A stretch of DNA of 64,000 bases, from contig MU004181.1 in assembly GCA_010093605.1 (NCBI GenBank), positions 2,046,001 through 2,110,000 of the forward strand, read 5' to 3'. This DNA comes from Lophium mytilinum. Its lineage: Eukaryota. The translations under genes and the position numbers were made by a program. Each line of letters starts with the position of its first letter. Position 1 is the first letter of the stretch. The notes under the pieces are model-generated. The model ran no database searches. It was not told the origin of the DNA and was given only the letters and a program-made list of their open reading frames with translations. Shown in pieces: positions 1 to 11,656 of this stretch.

Positions 1-21
1 GAGGCAGCCAAGGAAGGCACG

Positions 22-1311
22 ATGTCCGACGTGATTCCCTACAAGTTCAGCATCTCCAATGCCAGCCCTCCGCCTGCCGCAGAAAGCGAATTCTATGAGA
101 AGATGAAGAAGATCATGCAATACTACCGCCAGCACGCAGCGTTGCCGAGAGGAGACAATATCGGGCCACTAAACGACCCAGAAATGCTCCTATTAATGCA
201 CAAATACGTCCTCGAAAACCTACACTTCCACTACATCCCACAGTTCGGGCCTCTTTGTGTCCCATTGGAGAGACGAGAGGATACCCTACAAGAAGTATGG
301 CAGAATTGGCACTTAAAGGAACGCGACTGCCTCGTCGTCACCGCTCCCTGGATAGATATCGAACTCAACGGGCACGTAATCGTAGAAAAAGTCTCACTGA
401 GCATGGTCGAGAAGATCGGGAAGTACGCGAACAAGCCGTACAAGCAGATGGAAGGACTACCCAGAGGCCTATACTACTCCCGCATCTACCGAATACGGTC
501 AGACAACCCCTACCTGCCGGCCGCCATCAGACTCGTCGTAGGCTGGATGGAGTACGAGGTGCTGCGCCCCGGGGAGTTTTACTTCGGAGAGCGTATAGAC
601 CCGTACGAAGACGTCACCCTGAGGCACTCCCTCGCTCACGCTTTGCGCGCTCTTGGTCTTCTTGCCGAAGCACAGCGTATGGACGACTGGTACAAGTTCC
701 ACCTGAAGAGACCAACGACACGACTACGGGCACGCGACGCGCGGAAAATCTGGCACGCGGAGGGGAAGAGAACGAACAACGTGTACGTGGAAGAACTTGC
801 GAAACATCTGGCGCGAACGTCGTACCGAGAGACACGCGGTGGTGCACGCTCTGGGGTAGACTTTCCCCTCGACTTCGGACGAAACGCACAAATGGCAGTC
901 TTTCTAAACGAAGAGGGCAACGAGCGGCTAAAGGCACAAGTTGTCCGGTGGGACCCGACGCTTTCGGACCAAGAAGCGAGCGACGTGGGGGGAGACGGAC
1001 CGGACGTGGTACTCGGCGTGCAGGAAGAGCAGTCGGATTTGGCGGAAGAAACAGCGGAAGAGGGGGGAGATGGACGACGGGTGCGAGCGCTGCGTGACGA
1101 CAAACAGCAAAAGATCTACCGAGAGCGTCTGGTGGTGCAGGGGCGTAGGTACTCGATGCCTAGCCCAGAATGGTACGGAAAAAAGGCGGAACAAAGGGAT
1201 AATGTGAGAAAGACGCTCGGAAGAGTCCTCGTTAGTAAGACTCCGCTTAAGACTTTGCGGAAGCTGGGTGGTACGGCGTGGTCAGATGTAGATAGGCGAC
1301 CGCAGCTTTAG
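22..1311 (+). CDS. Unknown protein (429 aa), possibly a divergent BTB-like fold; paralog of 2675-3913
   Basis: Long intronless ORF. Shares blocks with the downstream ORF: LNDPE, TAP(W/F)xDI, KVS, YLP..VGWMEYE, LARTSYRE, GVDFPxDFGRN, LNExGNExLKA. Confidence 0.75.
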   Translation: MSDVIPYKFSISNASPPPAAESEFYEKMKKIMQYYRQHAALPRGDNIGPLNDPEMLLLMHKYVLENLHFHYIPQFGPLCVPLERREDTLQEVWQNWHLKERDCLVVTAPWIDIELNGHVIVEKVSLSMVEKIGKYANKPYKQMEGLPRGLYYSRIYRIRSDNPYLPAAIRLVVGWMEYEVLRPGEFYFGERIDPYEDVTLRHSLAHALRALGLLAEAQRMDDWYKFHLKRPTTRLRARDARKIWHAEGKRTNNVYVEELAKHLARTSYRETRGGARSGVDFPLDFGRNAQMAVFLNEEGNERLKAQVVRWDPTLSDQEASDVGGDGPDVVLGVQEEQSDLAEETAEEGGDGRRVRALRDDKQQKIYRERLVVQGRRYSMPSPEWYGKKAEQRDNVRKTLGRVLVSKTPLKTLRKLGGTAWSDVDRRPQL

Positions 1312-1501
1312 TGGACGCTTCTGTGGATAGTTTGGACGAAGAGGGATGTAATGGGTGTTAATTGAGGTACGCAAAGGTGAATAGATTCGACGACGCGTGG
1401 GATTAGATAGTGACGCTTTCGGGTCAAAATATGCCCAAACGCCGAATGATTGCTACATTGTTGAAATCAGAAGTCTTCTCTATTATATTTGCCACCTGCT
1501 T

Positions 1502-2585
1502 GCCACTGTCTGAGGTGCCCTGGCTTGAGGCCCTTAGGATGTCATTTCCAGGACGCCTATATCAGACCAGGTAGGGAGCATTTCTTTCACACCATTCTAG
1601 CACCGTTGAGAGTACTTGGCCTTGGTGCAAAGAATTTGGAACAATGTTATGCTCGTGAGAGTTTATATCAGGTCGGAATCGAAACCGTCCTTTTCCACCG
1701 TTGTAGTGCCGTTAGGGGTACTCTACCTTACTAGATCGAAATAGAGGTAATGTTGTTTCCAGGATGCCTACATTAGGTTATAATCGAAACAATCCTTTCA
1801 CACCGTTCTAGCGCCATTAGGGGTACTCCACCTTGGTGAGTAGAAAATAGAGGCGATATCATTTCCAGGATGCGTATATTAGGTTAGAATCGGAGCGCTC
1901 CCTTAACACCATTCTAGCACCGTTAGGGGTACTCCGCCTCCATAAATAGAAGCCAAAGGTAATGTTATATTCGTAAGACTCAATATTAGGTCGGGAAAGA
2001 AAACACTCGGTTTACACCGTTCCAGCGACATTAGGGGTACTCCGCCTAGGTGAGTATGAATTAGAGGCAATATTATACTCCTAAGACTCAATATTAGGTC
2101 GGATTAAAGTGCTTCTTTAATACCGTTCTAGCACCGTTAGGGGTACTCCGCCTAGGTGAATAGAAACGGGAGGCAATGTCATGCTTGTAACACTTCATAT
2201 TAAGTCGAAATCGAGATACTATGTTCCAGCCGCGTTAGGAGCACTTCACCTAGGTGAATATAAACTGGAGGCAATGTCATGCTCGTGAGAGTTAATATCG
2301 GGTTGGATAAAAGCGCTCCTTGGCACCGGCTTAACACCGTTAGGGGTACCCTACCTAAGTGAATAGAACGGGAGGCAATGTCATGCCAGTGGGCCTCAAT
2401 ATCAGGCTGGAATCGAAATGCTTTGTTCTAGCGCCGTTAAGAGTATTTTGCCTAGGTGAATATAGACTGGAGTCAATATTAGGTCAGATCAAAGCGCTCC
2501 TTGACACCCTTCTAACACCGTTAGGGGTACCCCGCCTAGGTGAATAGAACGAGAGGCAATGCCATGCTCATGAGCCTCAATATCA
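1502..2585 (+). repeat. Degenerate tandem array, ~10 units of ~105 bp, core CACCGTTAGGGGTACTCCGCCTAGGTGAATAG
   Basis: Core recurs at about 1601, 1708, 1812, 1918, 2026, 2132, 2231, 2336, 2432 and 2516; the sequence between cores is also homologous. Confidence 0.95.
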
Positions 2586-2674
2586 AAGGGAAGGGCCTTT
2601 CACAGTCTACCTACCACCGCACCACGTCTGCCTCATCCCACCCACCAACCACTGCCAGCAAAATTATCGCGGAA

Positions 2675-3913
2675 ATGGCCCCCTATCGATTCAACATGCG
2701 CCCAATTCCCGCCGAACACGAGGCCCAGATCCGAAAGAAGACATCATCAATCGTGAAGCAATACCGTAGATACGGCAAGCGGGACCGGAGCAAGAGAGAC
2801 CAGTACGGCCGTCTGAACGATCCAGAAGTCTTGCAGACTTTGCACGAGTTCGTTCTTCGGAAATTTCGCGCTCACAGTCAAGATGCTCTCGAAGCTGCGG
2901 TAAACGTCCTTCCACATGCCCGTCAAACACAAGCTCTTAAGCTTCGAGCACCTCAATATGACCTTCCAACGCTGTATCAGCAGCCACCCCGGGACCGTGA
3001 GAGCTACCTAGCCACTGCACCCTTTGTTGATATCTACTTCAAACACCAAGTCATCATCAAAAAGGTTTCCTTCGGCATGCTCCTCGCCTTCGATCCTTCC
3101 GCCGCTTTCTTCTCCATGCTGAGCAAGTTTGGCGCAAACGCGGATGAATCTACTTTCTATACCCTCCCTATGGTATCCAGGCTGAGCTACCTACCTATCA
3201 CGGTTCCAATGATTGTCGGTTGGATGGAGTACGAGTGTCTCAGCGGCCCCGAATTGCGCAGCGGAGGATACATCGGGTTCATCGACCGTATCAACCCAAC
3301 GGGATGTCTTTTGCTCGCGTATCGGCTGTATCGCACATTCCAGGTCTTGGGATTCGAGACGCAGGCGAAGGTGATAGAGGAGGGGTTTGAGGCGTGGGCT
3401 GCGGACAAGCGTATACCGCGCAGGTATGCGAAACTGGTCTGGGTGGAGGAGAAGAGGAACCCGAGCTCGAGGTTTGTTCGAGGGGTGGCGAAGTGCCTTG
3501 CGCGGACTTCGTATCGGGAGGCGGACGAGAGGCTTGGAGTTGACTTTCCTATCGATTTTGGGCGGAACTTCCATGTTGCTGCTATGCTGAATGAGTCGGG
3601 GAACGAGGCGTTGAAGGCATTGGTCGTGCAGTCAAACCCGACGCTCTTGGGGGAGTCAGGGGGCCACAAGTCCGTGGAACGACGTGAAGGGAGCGAGTCT
3701 GATCAGGAAGATGGGCGTGAAGTTTGGCCACGGCGGTTGGTTCAGCTCGGGCGACGGAACTGGAGACTGGCTGCACCAGAGGCACTTCGAGGGGCGCGGA
3801 GGATTAAACCAGACCTACGGAAGACACTTCTGAAAGTTTGCGTTCAGCATTGGCCTCGCCGCACTCTAAAGAGTTTCGATTTGAAAGTGGAGAGAGCACC
3901 GCGGGTAGAGTAA
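2675..3913 (+). CDS. Unknown protein, paralog of 22-1311
   Basis: ATG at 2675 (MAPYRF aligns with IPYKF of the first copy); shared motifs along the whole length. Confidence 0.75.
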   Translation: MAPYRFNMRPIPAEHEAQIRKKTSSIVKQYRRYGKRDRSKRDQYGRLNDPEVLQTLHEFVLRKFRAHSQDALEAAVNVLPHARQTQALKLRAPQYDLPTLYQQPPRDRESYLATAPFVDIYFKHQVIIKKVSFGMLLAFDPSAAFFSMLSKFGANADESTFYTLPMVSRLSYLPITVPMIVGWMEYECLSGPELRSGGYIGFIDRINPTGCLLLAYRLYRTFQVLGFETQAKVIEEGFEAWAADKRIPRRYAKLVWVEEKRNPSSRFVRGVAKCLARTSYREADERLGVDFPIDFGRNFHVAAMLNESGNEALKALVVQSNPTLLGESGGHKSVERREGSESDQEDGREVWPRRLVQLGRRNWRLAAPEALRGARRIKPDLRKTLLKVCVQHWPRRTLKSFDLKVERAPRVE

Positions 3914-4634
3914 AATTGATTATTATTACTACATGCGGCGGATGTCAAGGAAAGATCATGGAGTTCGTTGGGTTCAGGGCCTATTTTTGGATGGTGATAC
4001 TCCCTCCATCTATGGCAGCTATCTTGCGGCTGTTGCGCTTTCCGTTTTTAGTCTTACTACTTGATCAAAGAACACGGCTCGATGTATATACGAGATAGAT
4101 TAAAATTTTGCTTCTGAAAAACTATATGCTACGATGCTTACGCTACCTACTACGATGTAGAGGCTACTTCTAGCTCACCTGGAGCGACCTTAGAGAAATA
4201 ATAAGTGTTGGCGAGAGCCAAGCAGGAAGGAAACTATATCTGTTGTGCGTTAGAATAGCAAGCCTACGGATAGGAAGCTTTACTCCTTCGAGTTATAATC
4301 TAGTGATTTGATATAACGATGATGTTGACGGCGGCTGAGTGTCCCAAGATGTACCGCGAGTGAAACTTCAGTAGATATAAGCAGCCTGAGAACGATTTGC
4401 TAGATTATAATACATCTATAAAGGAGAAAGAATCATGGTGTTAGAGGAGAACATGGCTGGAAGTCGTAATTGGCTTTGTCACCGCGATGCAGCTAGCTGC
4501 ATTGGCTCTAGCGCTCCTCCCCGCCAGCTCAACGCCACTGCTTGGGGGCAGGGGCGGGATGACGTTGGCAGAAGTTACTTACTCTTTCCTGACGCCTGAA
4601 GCACCAAATATGTTCACGCTACTTGAATCTCCTC

Positions 4635-6807
4635 ATGAGCTCTTCTACCCTTTCGCCTGCCCAGGCGCACGCGCTCTTCGACATCTTGACCCACAACGAG
4701 ACGTACGCTGAGATCGAGAACTTCAAGTGGCCCGAAGCCATCGACAACTACGGACACCCTTTCAAGAAGGAGGACGGCGTGCAGACCACCTCTCCGCTGC
4801 TCCAGTTGCTCCTTAACAAATTCGTGCTGAAGATTCCTGGGCTCAAGAGCGTGCCATTAGACTTCTGGCAAGAGAGATGCCGCACACTGGTCGCGAAGCT
4901 GGCCGAGGCGGAACTCTCAGAGAGTTACGATAAAGGTGCTATTGGGTCGAGAAAGACTTTGGCAACCGCTATATCTGCGATACTGGAATACGTAGCGAGA
5001 GGATGCCTAGGGGGTTATCCTCAACATGCGCGGCCAGGGCCAGATCGGAAGTACGACACCTCCAACGCGGACGATGTCATGCAGGCATGGGACGATGCAA
5101 TGCAGGAAATGATATATGGAGACTTACTAGATGAACTATTCAACAAGGCGGCAGAATCAGAGCGCCTAGAAGACCATTCTTCTCTCGTTCAGGCCGCACA
5201 CGAATACATACTGATTAAGTGAGTCTCTGCGCCAATGCCTTCGACACTTGCTAACATGATCTTAGCCTAGCGTCCTTTCTACACCATGTGTTCGTTCTCT
5301 CTCCCGACGGCCAGTACCTCCTCCGAGTTATCGAAAATGTGCATCGGCTCGTTCCATACACAATGGTCAGGCAGACGCTGAGGGTAGGGAACGCGGCTAC
5401 AATGATTAACGGAATGTTGAAGTTGGTGCTCACGAAGCTGAGTGTGACGGCATTTACAAATTGGATGGGCATAAGCAAAAATGCAGATGATGGCATGAAC
5501 TTGCTGCAACAGTATGTTGAACTCTCGCACGAAACGCCCAGGAAGCGGGTCACCTAGCTACAATCCTCCAGATAGGGGGGATATCATACTTGCTGAATAG
5601 TGCTATGCTAACGGGCTGTAATAGGATTGTATCTACTGTCATGTCGTGGGATAATACCGAGTTTCAGAAACGAGCCACTCAAATCGAGAAAGGCAAGGAC
5701 GCACCCGGCAAAGACCAGCTTAAAAGCGTGAAAGCGCACGTACGAGCACCCCGCGACGAGCGTGAAAGATTGCGCAGCATAAGTATCGAGCAATCGAAGT
5801 CGATTGTTACAGTGATCCTCGAATCTTCCAACCCCCCTCTTGCCTCCGATCTGCCCGACACCGAGCATGCATATGCTTTGGAATATTACAGCACACACTT
5901 GTCAATAAGGGATCGCGACGAACTCACCAAAATCCTGTGCCGACTACAGCCGGACCTGCTTACCCAGGCCATTCGAGAAGTCGTCGCCGCCTACGATCCA
6001 ATCATCCGAGCGATTCATAATGCAGTGGATCTGAGCGGCTCTCTGTCCGATCTTGAAAACTTCCTCACCGACTTAATCAAGATGAGTAAACCCAAGAAGC
6101 AAACCAATAGCGAGACGGCTTCGAAAGACAGCCACAAGTCTCAGTCTGGAGAACAGCTACCTTCCGTGGAGGACTACGTAACACTCTTACGAAAGCACAT
6201 GCCCTCGGCACATCGCTTTCTTCATCAGATCGCAAAGAACGGTCCAAAGGTCACAGAAACTTACCGCAACTTTGCAAAAGAGGCGGCCGCGGAATTCCGG
6301 GACCCTAGCCCGCCAGTTGTTGCAGATGCAAATGCATCGCCCCCCGACTCCACACCATCCGAGCCTGCTGCGGGAGCAATGACTGCCCCATTGACGGCTA
6401 TATTTGGCACCCTCTCGGATGGGGATCAGAAGGACATGCTTGCTGTGCTCGCCAGCCACGCAAAATATCTATCAACCCTAAAGTCCTCGTCGGCGGCACG
6501 AATGAAGTCAATCATAGCGAACACGTCGTCCACTACTTATGGTCCCGGTATGTATCTTGCTCGATGGCACGCTTTGATCGACGACACACCTATAACCCCT
6601 GCGACCGCGAAGGGGCCGGTGAGGTCGGGTAGGGAGGTGAAGGGAGAGATGGATCGAACGTCACAGAAGGGAGCGGATTCCGGTAAATCTGCTGAGAAGC
6701 TTACAGCTAGCGGCGAGGTGCCAACCGCACCAGATATTACTTTTGTGGTGAAGAAGCTAGGACCGTACTTCAAAGAGGTTCTCACAGGGATGGAGATCAT
6801 GGGTTGA
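4635..6807 (+). CDS. PX-associated (PXB/DUF3818-type) protein, 2 introns
   Basis: Three ORF segments joined by GT-AG introns (~5219-5265, ~5512-5624). Motifs QAHALFDILTH, LSESYDKGAIGSRKTLATA and PYTMVRQTLRVGNAATMINGM are typical of this fungal family. Confidence 0.75.
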
Positions 6808-8295
6808 AGAGCTTGGTGGGCAACTGTAAAGTATTACTGTAAGCGTCTGCAAGCTCTTACGGTTAGAAGAGAAGTTGAATAGCGCTTCAAAGTGCCTATT
6901 ATTAAAGGATAGGAACGATGCTGAAGCTCGTGAGTATTGATGAAAAGATTGAATAAAGACGACGATCCTTTGTTCAAAAACTGGTGATGAGAAGCACATT
7001 CCAAATCCGCTACCACTGAACTTCTATTGACGAATAGATGTTGAGAAGACTATGTTGATTGGCAGACGTCGAGTAGTCGGTGCTAGGTGGACCTTGAGCC
7101 CTTAGCATTTTTGATTTTTTGTTCGCATGGATTGGCTCTCCCCAATCCTCACGATCTACTCCGGATAGCACCAGAACTCTAGGGTAGGCGAATAGGTGAC
7201 CCCTGAAATTGCCTAACACTTCTACACTCCACGTTTCCACACTCCACTTTTTCGGCCTCTTTTAGTACTACCCATCGGCGTTTGCCAGGAGATGGGTGTC
7301 CCTTCACAGTTGTCTACTATGTCTGAAAGACTTCAACATCATTTTATAAATTCTAGGCAAAGCCGGCGTTCATCGTTCTGAACAGCCGCCAGAATCGCTG
7401 GGCCACCTTAGACGGCGGCATATAGCACTTTAAAACCATCAAGTTTCCCCAGTCCCCGACATTGAAACAGAACTGACTACACAGCCTATGAACTAGTCTG
7501 AGACGAGGCCTCAAACCAATTTAGACCAGTTTCAGCAAAACATGCACACGAAGAGCTTTCGTAACATGTTACTCGATCTACGACCCGGCTTCTTTTCTAA
7601 TCATTGAAGATTCCTTCTCCTGAGCCCGAGCACTGTACTCTTTCATACTCCCTTTACAGCGTTCTGCCAATGTTTGTGGTACTCTAAGGCGTTTTCGAAG
7701 ATCTGAATACGGTTCAAAGTGATCATTTTGAATGAAAGGTAAGCTCGGTGGGCCACCTCAAACGGCGGTATGAGCCTGTACACAAAATGGCTTCTTCGCA
7801 CTCACAACTTCGGCTTGTTTAGATGCCAGCAACTTGAGTGAATTGATGAGGGATGGATTGCGCTGGTCTATGCTGTCAAGATTCTGCAATTGCTTGAAGT
7901 ATCCATAAATGGATATTATAAATGAGTGCACGAATTTACAGATTTCTACCAGGACAGAAGTTTCATTCCATATTTTTCATACCGCTTGTAGTGTGTCAAC
8001 ATACAACTGCCAGGCTAGAGACGCGGGCATAGGTCCGATCTATCGACTCTTGTCTGCTACCGGCTGGAATAGCCCGGCAAGGTTTCAGGTCTGTCGAAAT
8101 GATGGAATAGAAGGTCTTTCTCGGTGGGGGGCGAAAGTTCTTCGAAGCCCTTCAAACGGTATCAAAGAGGTATAAGAGAGTTAATGCCCTAAGAAATCTT
8201 GATAGAGTGTAAATGTTGGATGTCGGCCACCTCCAAAGACTCTACACTTCTTTGATAAGAGTGAAACGTTAGAACCACGGTTTGATTGTCTTCGA

Positions 8296-8385
8296 CCTCC
8301 GGGTACCACAGAGTGATGTATGAGCCCGGCTATTGATAATCAGTACGTGTCGCAAGGACCCAAGGTACGACAAACACCCTTCCGA
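8296..8385 (-). repeat. Inverted partial copy of the tRNA-iMet locus at ~9110-9196
   Basis: Reverse complement reads ...TCCTTGCGACACGTACTGATTATCAATAGCCGGGCTCATACATCACTCTGTGGTACCCGGAGG, near-identical to 9134-9196. Confidence 0.9.
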
Positions 8386-8819
8386 AATCATAGACACGTC
8401 GTCATGTCAATGTTCTTTTCTTACTGCCAATCGGCATAATCCGCGTCAAAACCATCGCAGCGGCAATATGGCATATTTACGACATGGTAGCCGGTGGAAA
8501 AGGACGGGAAGGCTTCCTTGGACAAAGATTGGCGATCTAAGAATCTGTGTGCTACTCTAAAGTTGTCCGTACTTGAAGAAGACCGTGACACTCCTACTCA
8601 GGGCTTAGGTATTCTGTATGTGGCTAGCATCGCTGGAGGGCCGCTCGTATGCTATCAATATTTCGAAAACGACAGTTTTGACAAGCCTGATAGCTCGTCG
8701 GGCCACCTCCGACGGTGTCAGACCAGACTGCCACTTTGTGTTCCACAGATCCGCCTGATGGGTTGGTGGTTGGGTGTTCGCGTAGCGAGCCCGCAGTCGC
8801 ATGATTGCAAATTCTTGGC

Positions 8820-9522
8820 TCGTGAAACGCAACTTTGGGCAGCATACACCGGACAAATCCTGCACCTCGTATGATAATGAATTCGTAGCGGCCGATACCG
8901 GCCGGTCAATCATTGTGGGAGGTAATTGGCTCGGCCAATCGCCTTCCACAGTGTCCATTTTTACAGATATCGCTTTGTCACCGTGGAGCTGCAACGATAC
9001 TTATACAGGATGTTTCCTTGGCTCTTCAAAATCACCAGCTCAGTGGCGCAGCGGTAAGAATCAATTTCTGCCTTGAAACATTGCTCTTGCTAAGACTTAA
9101 TAGGAAGCGCGGTATGTTTATCCTACCTTTGGATCCTTGCGACACGTACTGATTATCAATAGCCGGGCTCATACATCACTATGTGGTACCCGGAGGCGAG
9201 TCTGTTGTCACGTGATTGTAAATATGCAGATGCTGTTTGTGAAATGCAACTTTGGGCAGCATACACCGGCCAATAATAGGATAAATACATACTGGTCGAG
9301 ATAGAACGCTCCTTGGGTATCGTTTTCTACCTCGTATGATAATAAATTTGTGCTGGCCGACACCGAGCGGCAGGGCGGACAATCATAGTCGGGTTAGTAG
9401 TAGCCGAACCAATCACTGCCCACACCGGCCACTTATGAAGATGTCGCTTTGTCAGATGTTTTTATCATAGTACTTATTCGTTTCTATTTCTGAGACACTT
9501 CAAATCACAAGCTCAATGGCGG
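8820..9522 (+). repeat. Local direct duplication (~8820-9050 vs ~9240-9522) of the tRNA upstream region; part also present at ~14950-15020
   Basis: Shared GTGAAAYGCAACTTTGGGCAGCATACACCGG, CCTCGTATGATAAT, TCGCTTTGTCA and AAATCAC(C/A)AGCTCA(G/A)TGGCG. Confidence 0.85.
9037..9196 (+). tRNA. tRNA-iMet(CAT) 5' two-thirds, split by two spliceosomal-type introns (9054-9103, 9112-9162) plus a canonical anticodon-loop intron (9174-9187); T arm and 3' acceptor strand not found locally (possible pseudogene)
   Basis: Joined exons give AGCTCAGTGGCGCAGCG+GAAGCGCG+CCGGGCTCATA+ACCCGGAGG, identical to the copy at 15020. Confidence 0.8.
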
Positions 9523-9589
9523 ATGATAGACTTGAGGAAATTCCCTGGGAAAAGAAACGTGGTGAGGAGTAGAGTATGTCCTGGAGACT

Positions 9590-9750
9590 CAGGTTGAGGT
9601 CGGCCTCAACCTACGCTAAACGCGCTTCAACTTACGCACTACGCAAACCTCAACCTACGCAAACCCTCACCCTGTACAAAGCTCAACCTACACAAAGCTC
9701 AACCTATACAGACCTCAACCTGTTCCCTTAACCTCAACCTACGAATACCT
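9590..9750 (+). repeat. Hairpin AGGTTGAGG-TCGG-CCTCAACCT followed by ~8 copies of a ~16-bp CCTCAACCTACGCAAA-like unit; resembles a transposon subterminal region
   Basis: Directly visible repeats. Confidence 0.75.
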
Positions 9751-9959
9751 TAAGTGCAGTCGCAAACTTTTAGAGCTTATTCCACCTGGCTATCGGCTTT
9801 TAGGCTCGATTAGGGGAGTCGACGTTAGTGAAGCTCAAAAGGAACCATCCTATGTTCTTCAAAGTCCCAATCCGGGCACCCTAACTTCGCCAGCTCAACT
9901 TATTCATTCAAGAACCCCCAGAGCTAGTCATACGTAGCAAAGCTAATAGAATCTATTCT

Positions 9960-10590
9960 CATCCACTGTGTAAATCCTCCAACGGCAGCGCTCCTCAGCC
10001 TTGCGAAGTCCTACCGACGAGCTTTTGACCCGGTCTTTCCTGGCTTTGTGTTATGAATTTTCCGGCTTTATAAATAATACCCCGAAGGATCCAGCCATCT
10101 ACATTCGATGCACGACGTGCGAATTACCCCCTCCCTTTCTGACAGACCTCGAGCTATGCCTTAACCTAGAATCCTTAATAGATTTCCTCTCATTCCCTCC
10201 ACTATTCCCTCCACTATTTCATCCATTCTTTTCTCCAGCGCCATCCCCCTGTGATGTTTCTCCAGTTCATTCCCCCCAATCTCTTTTCCTCTACCCTCTA
10301 TTTCTCTAACCCCTGTTCCTCTACCCTCTGTTTCTCTAACCCCTGTTCCTCTACCCTCTACTTCTCTGAGTCCTGTTCCTCAACCCTCTGTTCCTTTAGC
10401 CATCGTTCTTCTAGCAGTCGTTTCCTCTAGGTTTTCTCGCCTAGACTTGCTCACCTAGCCCTTTTTCTCTACCTACTTCCTCAAAGGCTTATTCCTCTAG
10501 CTCCGCACTTTTGCCTTTTTCGCACTCTTCTTCTCCGGCCATAATCCTCTAGCTTCTTTCCTCTTGCTTCTTTTCTCTGGCTTCCATACT
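9960..10590 (-). pseudogene. Stop-riddled (RIP-like) ORF relic with three 30-bp tandem repeats and a CxxC segment
   Basis: Purine-rich minus strand with many TAG/TAA where CAG/CAA would fit; repeat TTCCTCTACCCTCTRTTTCTCTAACCCCTG at ~10286-10390; one frame reads IRTSCIECRW. Confidence 0.4.
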
Positions 10591-11656
10591 ATATGGTCGT
10601 CTGTTCAGCTTCGTCCAACCATCCTAGCGCACCTGTCTTCTTGCATTATAGCCCTCCACCTCCAAGCAAGAGAGGTCCTTAATCATGAACTAGCCAAACC
10701 TTTATCCATCACTTCTACACTCCACTTTTCGGGGCCGCTGGAATCCCTATGATCAACTGGAACTGACCTTCACGGGCCCCATGCTTCTACAGGCACTCTT
10801 AAGTCAACCGATGTGCCCGAAAGCCAATCAAGTGGTCGATAGATTGTGTAGCAGATGACGCACGGACGGGTCGTTGATATTGCGACACACGTACACCGCT
10901 TTTTGAAGTTTTCGGTCCCCTCCTCCGACTCTCTTACCTCATTGTCTCTTCCAACTTCACCTCTCTAGCAACTCCTCAAGCTTCAACACATCCTCAGACC
11001 GCGCCTCATTTGTCGCTATTCATTAGCGTCTACCAGGAGATGAGCGTCGCTGTACACGTGTCCGCCACTGTGAGGGGCCTCGACACCGTTCAAACCCTCA
11101 GGACAAAGCCTGCGTCCCTCCGTTGAAAACCCGGTAAACTCGCCGCGCTAGCTCAGCCGGCGTTATGTGCCACTCGAAAACTAGGAAGTTTTCCCCATCG
11201 CAGATGTCTGGCTTTTGACCGACTGCACAGCCTTCAGACCAATCCGCCGGGGCTTCGAACCAGTTTGAGCTAGCTTCAGCAGCACGAAGATGGAGGGTCT
11301 TCATAACGTGTTACTCGATCTACGACGTAGCTTTATTTCTAGGCGGCATGCTCCCTCCTCCTAGGCCTGTGTGTGATTTCTTGCTACTGGTACGGGTGCT
11401 TCGACCATGCTCAACCAATCAGAACGAGATGTATGTAAATCGTTTGGGGCATTCTTTCTATCCGCTAAACCGCCTTAGACGACGCTATTTTGCTAAGAAC
11501 GAAACTATGGTGAAGACGAGGCGCTGTGGCATAGTTACGGCCGGTATGGGAAGATGGGGAAGGCACGATGCCGTGGGCCTCAACCACACTCCAACGCCAA
11601 CGTCTCTCCGTCTTCTTTAGACGTGATAACGCATCAACACTCATTTCATTCCCGAA

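Noticed and set aside
255..1207. Alternative-frame and antisense ORFs over real genes (here and throughout the window)
   Set aside because: Shadows of GC-rich coding sequence with no protein motifs.
1502..2585. CRISPR-like array
   Set aside because: Eukaryotic DNA, cores are degenerate, inter-core segments are homologous rather than unique spacers, and there are no cas genes.
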